IMG/VR virus record: IMGVR_UViG_3300032050_000122
Length of the DNA: 64,000 nucleotides
Reading direction: 5' to 3' (one strand)
Source of the DNA: a virus
Part shown: positions 1 to 8,409 of the stretch, in pieces
How positions within the stretch are numbered: position 1 is the stretch's first letter
Layout: every line of letters starts with the position of its first letter
Position numbers and translations under genes: made by a program
The notes under the pieces: generated by a model
Databases searched by the model: none
Seen by the model: only the letters and a program-made list of their open reading frames with translations
What the model was told of the DNA's origin: nothing

Positions 1-98
1 ATTCACCCATATCGGCTTGCACTTCTTGCTTGCCGGCGATTTCGTGAATGTCAATGACACGCACGAATTCCAGATTTACAATCTGGTTCTCTTTGCCC

Positions 99-569
99 CT
101 AATGAATTTCATGGTATTTGACCCCTGACTCAAGAAGAATGCTTCTTGAGAAATCTAAATCAGCTTTCCACCGTTCAGGAATGTCTTTTGGACGTGGTAC
201 ACGTACTTCACTGATTCCTGCTTGAATCAATTCCACGGTGCATCGTGTACAAGGTGGACCACCCCATGGTTTCTTTGAAACCGCGTCAACAGCCCAGATG
301 TACATGGTACACCCTTTGATAGGGATTCCCACTCTCGCGGCAGCAAGAACGGCATTCATCTCCGCATGAACAACTAACTTGATCTTGGTGTCACGGTCGT
401 TTAACCGTTCAATAGTGTCTTTGATTTTACGTGGGAAGCCGTTGTAACCTGTACCACGTACCTCATTATCTGGACCAACAATCACACTTCCAACTTTGGT
501 TGATGGGTCTTTACTTTTGTTGGCCACAAACAAGCACATATCAAGAAAATGTCTGTCCCAATCGGTCAT
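99..569 (-). CDS. dCMP (deoxycytidylate) deaminase
   Basis: 156 aa ORF with the zinc-binding HAE motif (VVHAEMNA) and PCxxC (PPCTRC) characteristic of dCMP/cytidine deaminases; TAG stop. Confidence 0.85.
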   Translation of the reverse strand: MTDWDRHFLDMCLFVANKSKDPSTKVGSVIVGPDNEVRGTGYNGFPRKIKDTIERLNDRDTKIKLVVHAEMNAVLAAARVGIPIKGCTMYIWAVDAVSKKPWGGPPCTRCTVELIQAGISEVRVPRPKDIPERWKADLDFSRSILLESGVKYHEIH

Positions 570-766
570 TTGACACTCCTAGGAGGAATTATTCTATGGA
601 TGAGTTCTTCTTGGTCAGTTTCAGGAATCCGCATAGAAACCTGGGTTTCAGTTACACGTTCAACTATTGAACACTTGACACAGTGTCTGGTTTCAGGCAA
701 TATTCGTAACCGTGTTCTTGAAATTTGTTTCTTGCAAATTTCACAAAATCTTTCAATTGGAATCAT
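566..766 (-). CDS. small C4 zinc-finger protein (DksA/TraR-like)
   Basis: 66 aa with paired CxxC motifs (CEICKK ... CVKC); 4-nt overlap with the downstream gene. Confidence 0.4.
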   Translation of the reverse strand: MIPIERFCEICKKQISRTRLRILPETRHCVKCSIVERVTETQVSMRIPETDQEELIHRIIPPRSVK

Positions 767-963
767 ATAAATTCCTTACCACAAGCAGCACAATACTGTT
801 GACGCTCTTCATCGCGTACAATATCGTGTGGACAATGGCGTTGTAGATCACGCAGGGTTTTGTCAAGATGTCGTTGTTGATTCAGATAGTTCCGTTTAAT
901 CTTTCGTTGTTGAAGCAAGAGTTTCCTGCCCTTGACTCGTGCCTCATGAATCGTCATTGTCAA
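763..963 (-). CDS. hypothetical protein
   Basis: 66 aa ORF, basic and Cys-containing; operon-like 4-nt overlap with the next gene. Confidence 0.3.
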   Translation of the reverse strand: MTMTIHEARVKGRKLLLQQRKIKRNYLNQQRHLDKTLRDLQRHCPHDIVRDEERQQYCAACGKEFI

Positions 964-977
964 ACTCCTTTGAGAAA

Positions 978-1049
978 TGGGACCGGCTGGAATCGAACCA
1001 GCGACCTAGGAATTATGAGTTCCCTGCTCTGCCACTGAGCTACAGTCCC
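978..1049 (-). tRNA. tRNA-Met (anticodon CAT; could also be a lysidine Ile tRNA)
   Basis: Hand-folded cloverleaf: acceptor GGGACUG/CGGUCCC, D-arm GCUC-AGUGGCA-GAGC, anticodon loop CUCAUAA, T-arm GCUGG-UUCGAUU-CCAGC, discriminator A. No encoded CCA. Confidence 0.8.
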
Positions 1050-1305
1050 AAGGCCGGTGCAGCTTGGCGGGCTGCACCGCGAGCATTCGTACCACCACTT
1101 GGTTAGCCGGGTGTAGAATGACCAGTGTCCTGTTGAGGACGGCGCCGAAAGAAAGAGATTAGAAGCTATCGAAGAGGTTGCACTTTTTCATGGTACACCA
1201 TCCTTTCTTTGTTAAGGCCAAAGGGACACACTTGCTAATCGAACCATTCTGACATCCACTGCCTTAAGCCCGCTAGCCTAATTAAAGATTAGCGGGCTAA
1301 TGGAG

Positions 1306-2577
1306 TTACTTGGGAGCGGGAATCTGCATCATCATGTTGGGCGGCGTAGTACCCATGTAGTAGACAGGGTAACGGCCATCCCATTTTTCGTTCTGGACTT
1401 TCTGCAACTCAAGTTGCTTGAGTTGCACATACGCGGCCATGTTCTCTTTAGCCTTTTCGATTTCGTAGAACTTGGCATCAGCGAGCATCTTGATGCCGTC
1501 GGCTTCGGCCTTCTTGGTTTTCAAGATGGCATCTGCCTCACCTTGCGCCTTGAGAATCACAGCCTTGTTTGCTTCTTCTTGAGCTTTGGTCTTGCTGATC
1601 GCGATGTCCTTCTCTTGTTCAGCGTTATACACGGCAACCATCTTCTGGGAGATGGTGGGGTTCTTATACACGAAACCACCGGTAATACCGATGTTCGTGA
1701 TATTGATTCCCTTGGCCGCAAAGGTTTCTTTCACACCTTTGATGACCTTGCTGATGTGAGGCGTCGCAGATTTGCGAAGCGTTTCCATCGGAAGGTCCGT
1801 CACTTCAAGGCCGAAATCGGCCTGCACCTTGGCGCGAATTTCACTGTCCATAATTTGGGCCAGCGAACCATTGCGGTAGTTGTGCAGGAACTTGACCGCA
1901 GCATCACGGTCGTCGATTTTGGCCGTGACAGTCCAGCCAGTGCTGAACTCGATCGAGTCCGCGGTCATGACCCAAATCGCTTCATCCTTGCCGCCGGTGC
2001 CGCTATTCTTGTCGGCAGTCCATTCGCGAGTGACGGGAGCAATATCCACGACAATGAGCGTGGCCGCATCGTGCCACTTGCCGTTCGGACCCAGCCACTC
2101 ACGACCCGTCGCGATCCACTGTTGCGGAATCCGAACCTGCTTGGCGAACACGAGGTTCTTCTTGAGAAACTCTTCGTTGTTCGCAGCTTGTTGCTGAGCC
2201 GCATCGCCCTGGTACGGAATCAGGAACGCCTCTTCATGGCTGTTGATTTCCTTGTTGATCACTGGCTCGATAGGCCGGAGACAGCCTGTCGTACACAGAA
2301 GCAGCAGAGCACAGGTCGCGGTGAAGCTTTTCACCAACAACTTCTTGATGTCACCGTACAGAATCATTGCGATCACTCCGAGAACAAGTAGCCAACCTCC
2401 GCCGTATGCGAACTCCCGCATCTGCTGGTTGGTCACGGTTTCTTCCACGGCCTTTGCGTTGTTGATTTGTTTCGCGGCCGCGTTCGTTCGCTCGTATTGT
2501 GTACTCTGAAAGTACACAGCCCAAGCAACGCCATAGCCGATGAGCAACAACGCACAGACAATCAAACGAGACAACAT
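1306..2577 (-). CDS. SPFH/band-7 (prohibitin/flotillin/HflC-like) membrane protein
   Basis: 423 aa with N-terminal TM helix and a C-terminal Ala/Glu/Lys-rich coiled-coil (KAQEEANKAVILKAQGEADAIL...) typical of the SPFH family. Confidence 0.75.
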   Translation of the reverse strand: MLSRLIVCALLLIGYGVAWAVYFQSTQYERTNAAAKQINNAKAVEETVTNQQMREFAYGGGWLLVLGVIAMILYGDIKKLLVKSFTATCALLLLCTTGCLRPIEPVINKEINSHEEAFLIPYQGDAAQQQAANNEEFLKKNLVFAKQVRIPQQWIATGREWLGPNGKWHDAATLIVVDIAPVTREWTADKNSGTGGKDEAIWVMTADSIEFSTGWTVTAKIDDRDAAVKFLHNYRNGSLAQIMDSEIRAKVQADFGLEVTDLPMETLRKSATPHISKVIKGVKETFAAKGINITNIGITGGFVYKNPTISQKMVAVYNAEQEKDIAISKTKAQEEANKAVILKAQGEADAILKTKKAEADGIKMLADAKFYEIEKAKENMAAYVQLKQLELQKVQNEKWDGRYPVYYMGTTPPNMMMQIPAPK

Positions 2578-2996
2578 GACACGTTCCTTTCAAAGAGGGT
2601 AGATTTCCTTGACACGAATCTGTTCAACAAGGAAGTTGACCACAAAGTCAAACATCTCTTGTTCTTGAGCCGGCCCGAAACTTGCCGGCTTTCTTCGGTA
2701 CGAATCACAAGCGTACCACCTTCGACATTCACCCGAATCAAGTACCAGTCCCAATCCCTATAGGCACGCAGATGTCCTACCTTAAGGATGCGGTCCTCGG
2801 AATCAGAAGAGAGAATACGATTCCTTCCTCTGATCTTAGTTAGGACTTGATACAACTCACGGAATCGGGACTCAGCCCAAGCTTGAGCATCTTGGGCTAG
2901 AGTCCGATTCCTGACGGCTTTGATGATGTCCTTCATTTGTATATCACCGTGATGATGTTGTAGATTGTGACACAAATCACAACCAAGCACAGCCAT
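2562..2996 (-). CDS. hypothetical protein
   Basis: 144 aa ORF; start uncertain (internal Met MKDII possible). Confidence 0.3.
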   Translation of the reverse strand: MAVLGCDLCHNLQHHHGDIQMKDIIKAVRNRTLAQDAQAWAESRFRELYQVLTKIRGRNRILSSDSEDRILKVGHLRAYRDWDWYLIRVNVEGGTLVIRTEESRQVSGRLKNKRCLTLWSTSLLNRFVSRKSTLFERNVSCCLV

Positions 2997-3014
2997 TACT
3001 TAGTAGTATGTGTT

Positions 3015-4094
3015 TCACTGTTGAAACTTTCGGTGGTACCGTGCTTCCTTCGGGATACCGTCATCGGTGAGTTCACGGTAACGGAACGTAACCTGACTCC
3101 CCCTTGGAAACAATGGATTGTTAATCCAGTCAGGAACTTCTTTCTCTGGGTTGCAAATTGCCCACTCTTTGGCATAGACGATATTCTTGCCTTTGAGTTC
3201 ACGCTCGGCATCTGTGAACCCTGACAATTCGAGTCTTTTCCCGTTGAAGTTCGTAATCAGGGCACCCATCTTGCCGAGCAGTTTGCTGCCCTTATCGGTC
3301 TCTCGGCCAGTTGTGTAGCCCGTAACGATTGCTTCCGCATCATTGAAGTCTTTCACCTTCAAGATGTTGTAGCTACGTTTCGGTTCCCAACTTGCCGATG
3401 GCTTGCGAAGCATGATGCCTTCGCCGCCCTGGTCAACAACAGAATCCAACAACCGATTCAACTCGGTTACTGCGGCTGGCGTCGAAAACGGCATACGCCA
3501 CTGTGTATGTACTTGAAGATTTTCGGTGATCTTCAAGTTGCTACACAGATAGTTATGAACTTCTTCATACGATGACAACGGCGGCATGATTCCTGTGAAG
3601 TTTGCTTGCCACCAAGGGTAGCAACCTCGCAGAAACACCTTGTACGCTTGTACCGAGATGTCGCCATCTTGGAACAAAGAGTATGGCCAAGGCATGTCAA
3701 ACACCATGTATCTGACATTTCGCCAGCCCGAACCAGGGTTATGATCCTTGACCGTGGCTTGATTCGTCTGGAAGTTTCCACGACCAGACCACAATTCGCC
3801 ATCCAAACAAAAGTTTGGAAGTTGGTCAAGAAACCAATCCGGAGCGTAGATCACGTTACCATAACGTGACCACAGACCCGTGGCAATCACTTCGTTGACA
3901 CGAATGTGATCCTTCTCGGTGTTGGCATACGGAACTTGAGACGCGGGTTTACCACGACTTGCTCCGCCGTCCCAAAAAGCCCGCATACCATCTAATTTTT
4001 CGCTAGCAAACCAGCCAGCCGGCGAGTGCTTCTTCGGATCGTAAACATGAGCAAGTTGAACGTACTCACGTTTCAAAAGATTACGACTGGCCAT
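3015..4094 (-). CDS. ATP-dependent DNA ligase (phage T7/Chlorella-virus-type nucleotidyltransferase)
   Basis: 359 aa with motif I KLDGMRA (KxDGxR), motif III FCLDGELW, motif IV EGIMLRK and motif V LKVK. Confidence 0.8.
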   Translation of the reverse strand: MASRNLLKREYVQLAHVYDPKKHSPAGWFASEKLDGMRAFWDGGASRGKPASQVPYANTEKDHIRVNEVIATGLWSRYGNVIYAPDWFLDQLPNFCLDGELWSGRGNFQTNQATVKDHNPGSGWRNVRYMVFDMPWPYSLFQDGDISVQAYKVFLRGCYPWWQANFTGIMPPLSSYEEVHNYLCSNLKITENLQVHTQWRMPFSTPAAVTELNRLLDSVVDQGGEGIMLRKPSASWEPKRSYNILKVKDFNDAEAIVTGYTTGRETDKGSKLLGKMGALITNFNGKRLELSGFTDAERELKGKNIVYAKEWAICNPEKEVPDWINNPLFPRGSQVTFRYRELTDDGIPKEARYHRKFQQ

Positions 4095-4269
4095 ATTTTG
4101 CTCTCTCGGGGTGGTTGAATGTGAAGCGTTCGTGATCGCCGATGATGATCTCGCGTTCCATTCGTTTGCTCATCGTTTCGATTGTGACCCTTGACTCTTT
4201 GACTGGTGGCTCGGTGCAGCCAGCAGCGTGATCCAGACGCATTTGATGAATCCGTTCGTACTTGGTCAT
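4081..4269 (-). CDS. hypothetical small protein
   Basis: 62 aa ORF overlapping the ligase start by 14 nt. Confidence 0.3.
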   Translation of the reverse strand: MTKYERIHQMRLDHAAGCTEPPVKESRVTIETMSKRMEREIIIGDHERFTFNHPERAKYGQS

Positions 4270-4332
4270 TTGTCCAACTCCACATTGTTAAGGGTTGCAA
4301 AGTAACAATCATCAACTTTGAAATAATAACCA

Positions 4333-5154
4333 TTAGATGTTTGAAGGTTTTTCATCGGATTCCATATGCCAAGGGCAACTAAAACTGCCGGCGTGCTTGT
4401 GGCCACCGCCGCCGAATCGGGTACAGATTTCGCTAACGTCCATGCCGTTGGGATCGGAACGCAGCGAGTAGCAGAAACGCTTCTCTTTGTCCTTGTTCCA
4501 CCAGACGATTGCGAAAGGTTTGCCCTTTGCAAGTTCGCCGCCGATTTCCGATTGCAGGACGGTGGAGTTCACCATCGGAACTTTGTGACCCTCAAACTCG
4601 ATCTCGGTTGCCTGACTTACAGCTTTTTGAATCAGTTTCTCTTGGTACCGAAGGATTGATAAGCCTTGCGATGTACATAGAGTATGCCCTAGCTTGGTCA
4701 GCATTTCGCAATTGGCCATGCTAAAAGCATAAGACTGGATGCACGCATCGATCTCTTTGGACCGTGGAAGTTCCCATTTCCACAAATCACGGTCTTGGAT
4801 ATAAGGCAGAATCCACGGTGCTTCAAGGGTTGGATTGTAATATTCCCATGTGAGCATAGCACCGCACTTGTCAACGTCGTAGACATACTCAAACGGGTAC
4901 GACGGTACGAACCCTTCCATTTTGATTCTGGAAGATTTGTGGTGGTCGAGGATTTTGAGGGATTTATATTTGGCAGATTCCAGAGTCGCCCGATCAGGAC
5001 AGTAATCGACGCAAATTACGTCGTGGCCATCCAATGAGGGAATGCTGGTTTGGTAATAGACTGGAACCAAATCTGCTGTCAAATTGTGGAGATGAGCGTA
5101 ATAGGCCGCGAAGATTCCGTCGGCACAATTAGCATGGTAAAGGATGGTCGTCAT
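4333..5154 (-). CDS. DHH/DHHA1 family phosphoesterase (NrnA/RecJ-like)
   Basis: 273 aa with YHANCADG (motif I), ILDHHKS (DHH motif III) and the C-terminal DHHA1 signature FGGGGHKHA. Confidence 0.8.
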   Translation of the reverse strand: MTTILYHANCADGIFAAYYAHLHNLTADLVPVYYQTSIPSLDGHDVICVDYCPDRATLESAKYKSLKILDHHKSSRIKMEGFVPSYPFEYVYDVDKCGAMLTWEYYNPTLEAPWILPYIQDRDLWKWELPRSKEIDACIQSYAFSMANCEMLTKLGHTLCTSQGLSILRYQEKLIQKAVSQATEIEFEGHKVPMVNSTVLQSEIGGELAKGKPFAIVWWNKDKEKRFCYSLRSDPNGMDVSEICTRFGGGGHKHAGSFSCPWHMESDEKPSNI

Positions 5155-5164
5155 TTCTTTGTCC

Positions 5165-5590
5165 TTAAGAAAGTTGAACTTCGATGATCTTATCGCTGTT
5201 GTTCAGCGTGGCCGGAAACGCTTTTCCGACATGCTTTGGAAAGTTTTTCGGGGCACGAGTACAGGTAATCAGTAGACCACCTTTGTACGCCGGAGCCATT
5301 CGATACGCTGCATCCGAGGCAGCAGTCGTTGCCGGTCTTTGAAAGCCGATCTTTAATCGAGTCTTATCAAAGAAAACATTCACCGCTTCTTTCGGCTTGT
5401 AACCAAAAATCTCGGCAAAAGCCTTATTGCATTGTAGTCCATTTTTGAGAATGGCAACCATCGGCCGCTCTGCCCAAGCTGCTCCATACTTTGCAACACC
5501 TGATTGGAAGTTTCTCGAATTCGAACTTTGCATTTCCCAAGCCATGATGCGTTCCTTTAAGTAAAAGGTTACTCTTATACCGCCGGCCAA
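5165..5590 (-). CDS. hypothetical protein
   Basis: 141 aa ORF, no recognisable motif. Confidence 0.4.
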   Translation of the reverse strand: MAGGIRVTFYLKERIMAWEMQSSNSRNFQSGVAKYGAAWAERPMVAILKNGLQCNKAFAEIFGYKPKEAVNVFFDKTRLKIGFQRPATTAASDAAYRMAPAYKGGLLITCTRAPKNFPKHVGKAFPATLNNSDKIIEVQLS

Positions 5591-5616
5591 ACTGGACGGC
5601 GGTCAAAGGGGAACCC

Positions 5617-7053
5617 TTACATATACTCGCGTGCCCGAATGAAGTCGATGATTGCCTCGCTCCATCCACTGATGTGGACGAACTTGTTGTAGCCGATTCC
5701 ATTCTCATTGCAACTGATGTTGATGAGATAGTTGGAATCACCGAAGGCGTTTGCCTGAGACGGATCGAGCTTGCTGCCAGGAGTCTGGCAATCTTGCTCG
5801 TCCGTGATGACGATGACGCGGTCAGCCGTTCGCTGTTCCTGATAGACATAGTCCATGACTTGTTTCAGGAAGATGCCACCAGTACCGATTTGGTGCTGGA
5901 GTTGCAACTCACTGAACAGTCGAGACAACTCGAAACCACGCCGAGCCGGAATCTGCATCGTTGCATGACGCCGTGCCGAATCGCTACCGGCGGTAGCATA
6001 GATGACCGGATTTTCGGCGATCTCTTTGACGAGAATCGCCAACGCACCAGCGGCATCAAGACGCGACAGGTCGCTCTTGGCCGAGACCTTGCCCTGAGTC
6101 ATGGACCCCGAGGAATCCACGATCAGAACCGTCTTGCCGGGGAGCTTCGGAATCGTTTGGAGACAGCGAAGCATCATGTCTTCGATCATGTTCTGCCATG
6201 CCGGAACCGCACGGTAAGCCGCGATGAACCGGAAGGGAAGCACACGACCCAAATCAACATGCTTCGAGTACTCGACGACGAGTTCCTTGGCCACGCCGCT
6301 CTGTTCCATGTTGCGGAGATTCCGCAGGAACGCCAACGCACCGAGCTTGCCCTCTCTCATCAGACGCGTGAACGTCTCGCACTTGTCGGCTCCCGCAGAA
6401 AGCTCAACTTCCCAAGTATCGGGAGTCTTGAGAGTGCCTTCTGCCAACTTGTGGTAGAGGGAATCGGTGTGTCGTAGCAGGGACTTGGAGTGACCGTCTT
6501 TGTAAGTACGGTGCTTGATGGTGGCGGGGCCAACGTCAGCCGGTTTCGGATGACAGAGGAACATGGCGTCCCGGAGTTTGACCGCTCCATCACGATTATA
6601 CTTAGCCAAGGCGTACTCATTGAAGTTCCCGAAGGCTTTCGCCAGTCCTTTCTTGACTTGGGCAGAAATCGGGCACTTGCCATCTTTCCAGTAGATGGCA
6701 AGGAATTCTGCCAACTCGTCAGCACGCTGGATGATTTCCGGGAGCAGGTCTTTCACCAGTCCCTTGTGGCTATCCAGCCGAGCCATTTCACGTGCAATCA
6801 ACAACGGTACGTGCCGCAGTTTCTGATTCGTTCGGGCGTCGATCGCCATGTTCGCGACCTTCTGCGGATCGACCTGTTTGATGAGGCTCGCAATCCGCTT
6901 GGCGATCTTCTCGCCAGTTTCGTAGAACGTGTCTTCCCACAACATGCACGCCATCACGGATCGCCGAAGTTGTTCTTCGGGACTGACGTTGCTGGCGATT
7001 GCTCCGCCGTGGGTACGCTTGACAAGCTTGGGTGCCTTCACATTCGTCTTCAT
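5617..7053 (-). CDS. rsr: Ro60/Rsr ortholog (TROVE domain plus vWA domain)
   Basis: TROVE-like N-terminal region (HGGAIASN..., LRDAMFLCHPKP resembling the Ro60 LRLSHpKP motif) and C-terminal vWA domain with the Ro60-type MIDAS LIVDSSGSM. Start chosen at MKTNVKAP because of the strong RBS (AGGAGAgcatcATG); the ORF track extends to 7170. Confidence 0.75.
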   Translation of the reverse strand: MKTNVKAPKLVKRTHGGAIASNVSPEEQLRRSVMACMLWEDTFYETGEKIAKRIASLIKQVDPQKVANMAIDARTNQKLRHVPLLIAREMARLDSHKGLVKDLLPEIIQRADELAEFLAIYWKDGKCPISAQVKKGLAKAFGNFNEYALAKYNRDGAVKLRDAMFLCHPKPADVGPATIKHRTYKDGHSKSLLRHTDSLYHKLAEGTLKTPDTWEVELSAGADKCETFTRLMREGKLGALAFLRNLRNMEQSGVAKELVVEYSKHVDLGRVLPFRFIAAYRAVPAWQNMIEDMMLRCLQTIPKLPGKTVLIVDSSGSMTQGKVSAKSDLSRLDAAGALAILVKEIAENPVIYATAGSDSARRHATMQIPARRGFELSRLFSELQLQHQIGTGGIFLKQVMDYVYQEQRTADRVIVITDEQDCQTPGSKLDPSQANAFGDSNYLINISCNENGIGYNKFVHISGWSEAIIDFIRAREYM

Positions 7054-7241
7054 GATGCTCTCCTGGGATTGACAAAGCCACAGTTCATTGCGAAGCTCAT
7101 GACTTTTATAGTCCATGCTCCACAATTCCTGACCCATGACACTTATGGGTCTAATCATCGCTGCTTCCATTGTCTTATTCTTGTTTCTGCCGGAGTAATT
7201 GCTACTCGACGGCTACCACCGAATTTCTTTGTTAATTCAAT

Positions 7242-7282
7242 CTTCGGCTTGGGTCCACCGATGTAGAACCCAACGCCGAAGA
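7242..7282 (-). other. 13-bp bulged GC-rich hairpin with loop ...ATCGGTGG... between rsr and the upstream gene
   Basis: Minus-strand CTTCGGCGTTGGGT-tctacatcggtgg-ACCCAAGCCGAAG; no U-tract. The loop carries the CGGTGG core of the repeated box A. Confidence 0.4.
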
Positions 7283-7323
7283 TTGCAAAGGCACCTGTCA
7301 CATACAATGCTTCCGGGTGCATG

Positions 7324-7866
7324 TCAACTCCGTGGCAAATGCCAGACTGGGATGTTCGGTGGCAAGTAGCCCGAATAAAAAGCTTCTGCCCCGATCAAAT
7401 CACGCAGGAGTTTTAATGATTGGCGTCTCACTGTGACATAGTAGTAATCACACTGAGCGTCACGAACCGTGTCCCACACTTGGTACAACTGGTCCGTCTC
7501 AACGATTGCTTCACGTATCACATCCGCGTGGAACAAGTCTACTTCCAGCCTCTTGTTCAAGTCATTGCGAAATGACCGATTCAATGCCAGAAAGTCATTC
7601 AGTGTTTTACGCGTTGGATACCGGTTACACTCACCCAATTGTGGGTAAGACAGAAACTCTTCATTACGGCCCCTCAGCATCTCAAGATCAGTGTTTGGGT
7701 CTTGAGTGAGTAGGAAGGAATGTTCCCGCGGATCAAGAATCTCGCTATCAAGAGCGAGAGCCAGAATCGTTGGCCGTAATACCTCGATCCATGCAACGTC
7801 AACAGGTGGCGAGTCTTTCGAAGCCGTCAATAAGGCGGCTGCTAAGACAATCTCACAAGTGAACAC
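7324..7866 (-). CDS. hypothetical protein
   Basis: ORF track gives 7324..7908, which runs into tRNA-His. An in-frame GTG at 7866 is preceded by GGAGGG at a 7-nt spacing, giving about 180 aa. Confidence 0.45.
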   Translation of the reverse strand: MFTCEIVLAAALLTASKDSPPVDVAWIEVLRPTILALALDSEILDPREHSFLLTQDPNTDLEMLRGRNEEFLSYPQLGECNRYPTRKTLNDFLALNRSFRNDLNKRLEVDLFHADVIREAIVETDQLYQVWDTVRDAQCDYYYVTVRRQSLKLLRDLIGAEAFYSGYLPPNIPVWHLPRS

Positions 7867-7881
7867 ATAGATACCCTCCAG

Positions 7882-7958
7882 GGTGGTCGACGGGATTTGA
7901 ACCCGCAACCGCCGGAATCACAATCCGGTGCTCTGCCAGTTGAGCTACGACCAACATG
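7882..7958 (-). tRNA. tRNA-His (anticodon GTG)
   Basis: D-arm GCUC-AACUGGCA-GAGC, anticodon loop UUGUGAU, T-arm GCGGG-UUCAAAU-CCCGU, extra 5' G (G-1) opposite C73; one acceptor mismatch. Confidence 0.7.
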
Positions 7959-7993
7959 AATTTGCGGGAACAAGCGGAACGGCTGCTGCCCTT

Positions 7994-8044
7994 TCGGGCG
8001 ATCAAACCATCTTTGAAGTAACCGTTTCCTAACGCCACGCAAAC
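7994..8044 (-). promoter_or_regulatory. repeat unit copy 1 (box A 8015-8044 plus box-B-like 7994-8006) upstream of tRNA-His
   Basis: Minus strand GCGTGGCGTTaggaaaCGGTTACTTC then GGTTTGATCGCCCGAAAG; member of the repeat family at 8.0-11.6 kb. Confidence 0.5.
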
Positions 8045-8159
8045 ATTAAAGTGGGGAACAATCGCTGTAGTTAGCCGGTATCGAGCCGGCACCCTTGCGG
8101 GTTTCAAACCAAGAAGTAGCTACAACTATCACCACCACAAGAAGCATTAGAGGGATAAT

Positions 8160-8280
8160 AATCGACAACAGGGGTTGGTCTTTTGCTCTACCCACTGAGC
8201 TACAATCCATCCCGAGGGACTTCATGGCGGGATTCGAACCCACGACCTAAAGAAGTAACTGTTATCTACGCCACTCTAAT
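8160..8280 (-). ncRNA. candidate YrlA-like ncRNA: box A, then T-arm, hairpin and D-arm (permuted tRNA-like module), then closing stem and box-B-like
   Basis: Minus strand GAGTGGCGTAGATAACAGTTACTTC (8276-8252); T-arm GUGGG-UUCGAAU-CCCGC (8243-8227); hairpin GUCC-cucg-GGAU; GGAUUGUA plus D-arm GCUC-AGUGGGUA-GAGC (8200-8185); CUGUU (8171-8167) pairs with the AACAG of box A. No anticodon arm and no matching acceptor 3' strand. Confidence 0.45.
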
Positions 8281-8364
8281 AAGGTGCCGACGGCAGGATT
8301 CAAAATGGAGAGCCTGCGAAACAGGATCGTATCACCTGTGGTTAACCGCACAGATTACCACCCC

Positions 8365-8387
8365 GCTAAAGGGTGTGGCCACACCCC
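8365..8387 (-). terminator. possible weak terminator hairpin after the kinase gene
   Basis: Perfect palindrome GGGTGTGGCCACACCC followed by only UUU on the minus strand. Confidence 0.3.
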
Positions 8388-8409
8388 GTCCGCGTTCGTC
8401 GGCCTGATT

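Noticed and set aside
1-98. Possible 3' end of a gene truncated at the window edge
   Set aside because: Too short to assess.
1268-1300. Hairpin AGCCCGCTA...TAGCGGGCT after the SPFH gene as a terminator
   Set aside because: 9-bp stem but no U-tract on either strand; left uncalled.
1300-2391. 363-aa plus-strand ORF
   Set aside because: Entirely antisense to the well-supported SPFH gene; low-complexity composition; no RBS. Treated as an antisense artefact. Other long antisense ORFs dropped for the same reason: 5674-6477, 6490-7266, 13494-14279, 20257-20796, 20812-21483, 27755-28360, 32495-33358, 34928-35875, 36043-37023 and 54857-56443.
8046-8243. 65-aa minus-strand ORF with a hydrophobic stretch
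   Set aside because: It starts with GTG inside the T-arm of the tRNA-like module and is translated straight through the D-arm sequence, with no RBS. More likely a chance ORF across structured RNA. The track ORFs 7853-8107, 7842-8042 and 8183-8407 were dropped for the same reason.
8220-8300. A canonical tRNA on the minus strand built around the T-arm at 8227-8243
   Set aside because: No complementary 5' acceptor strand, no D-arm and no anticodon arm 5' of it; the D-arm-like sequence lies 3' of the T-arm, which is a permuted order. Reported instead as a tRNA-like module.
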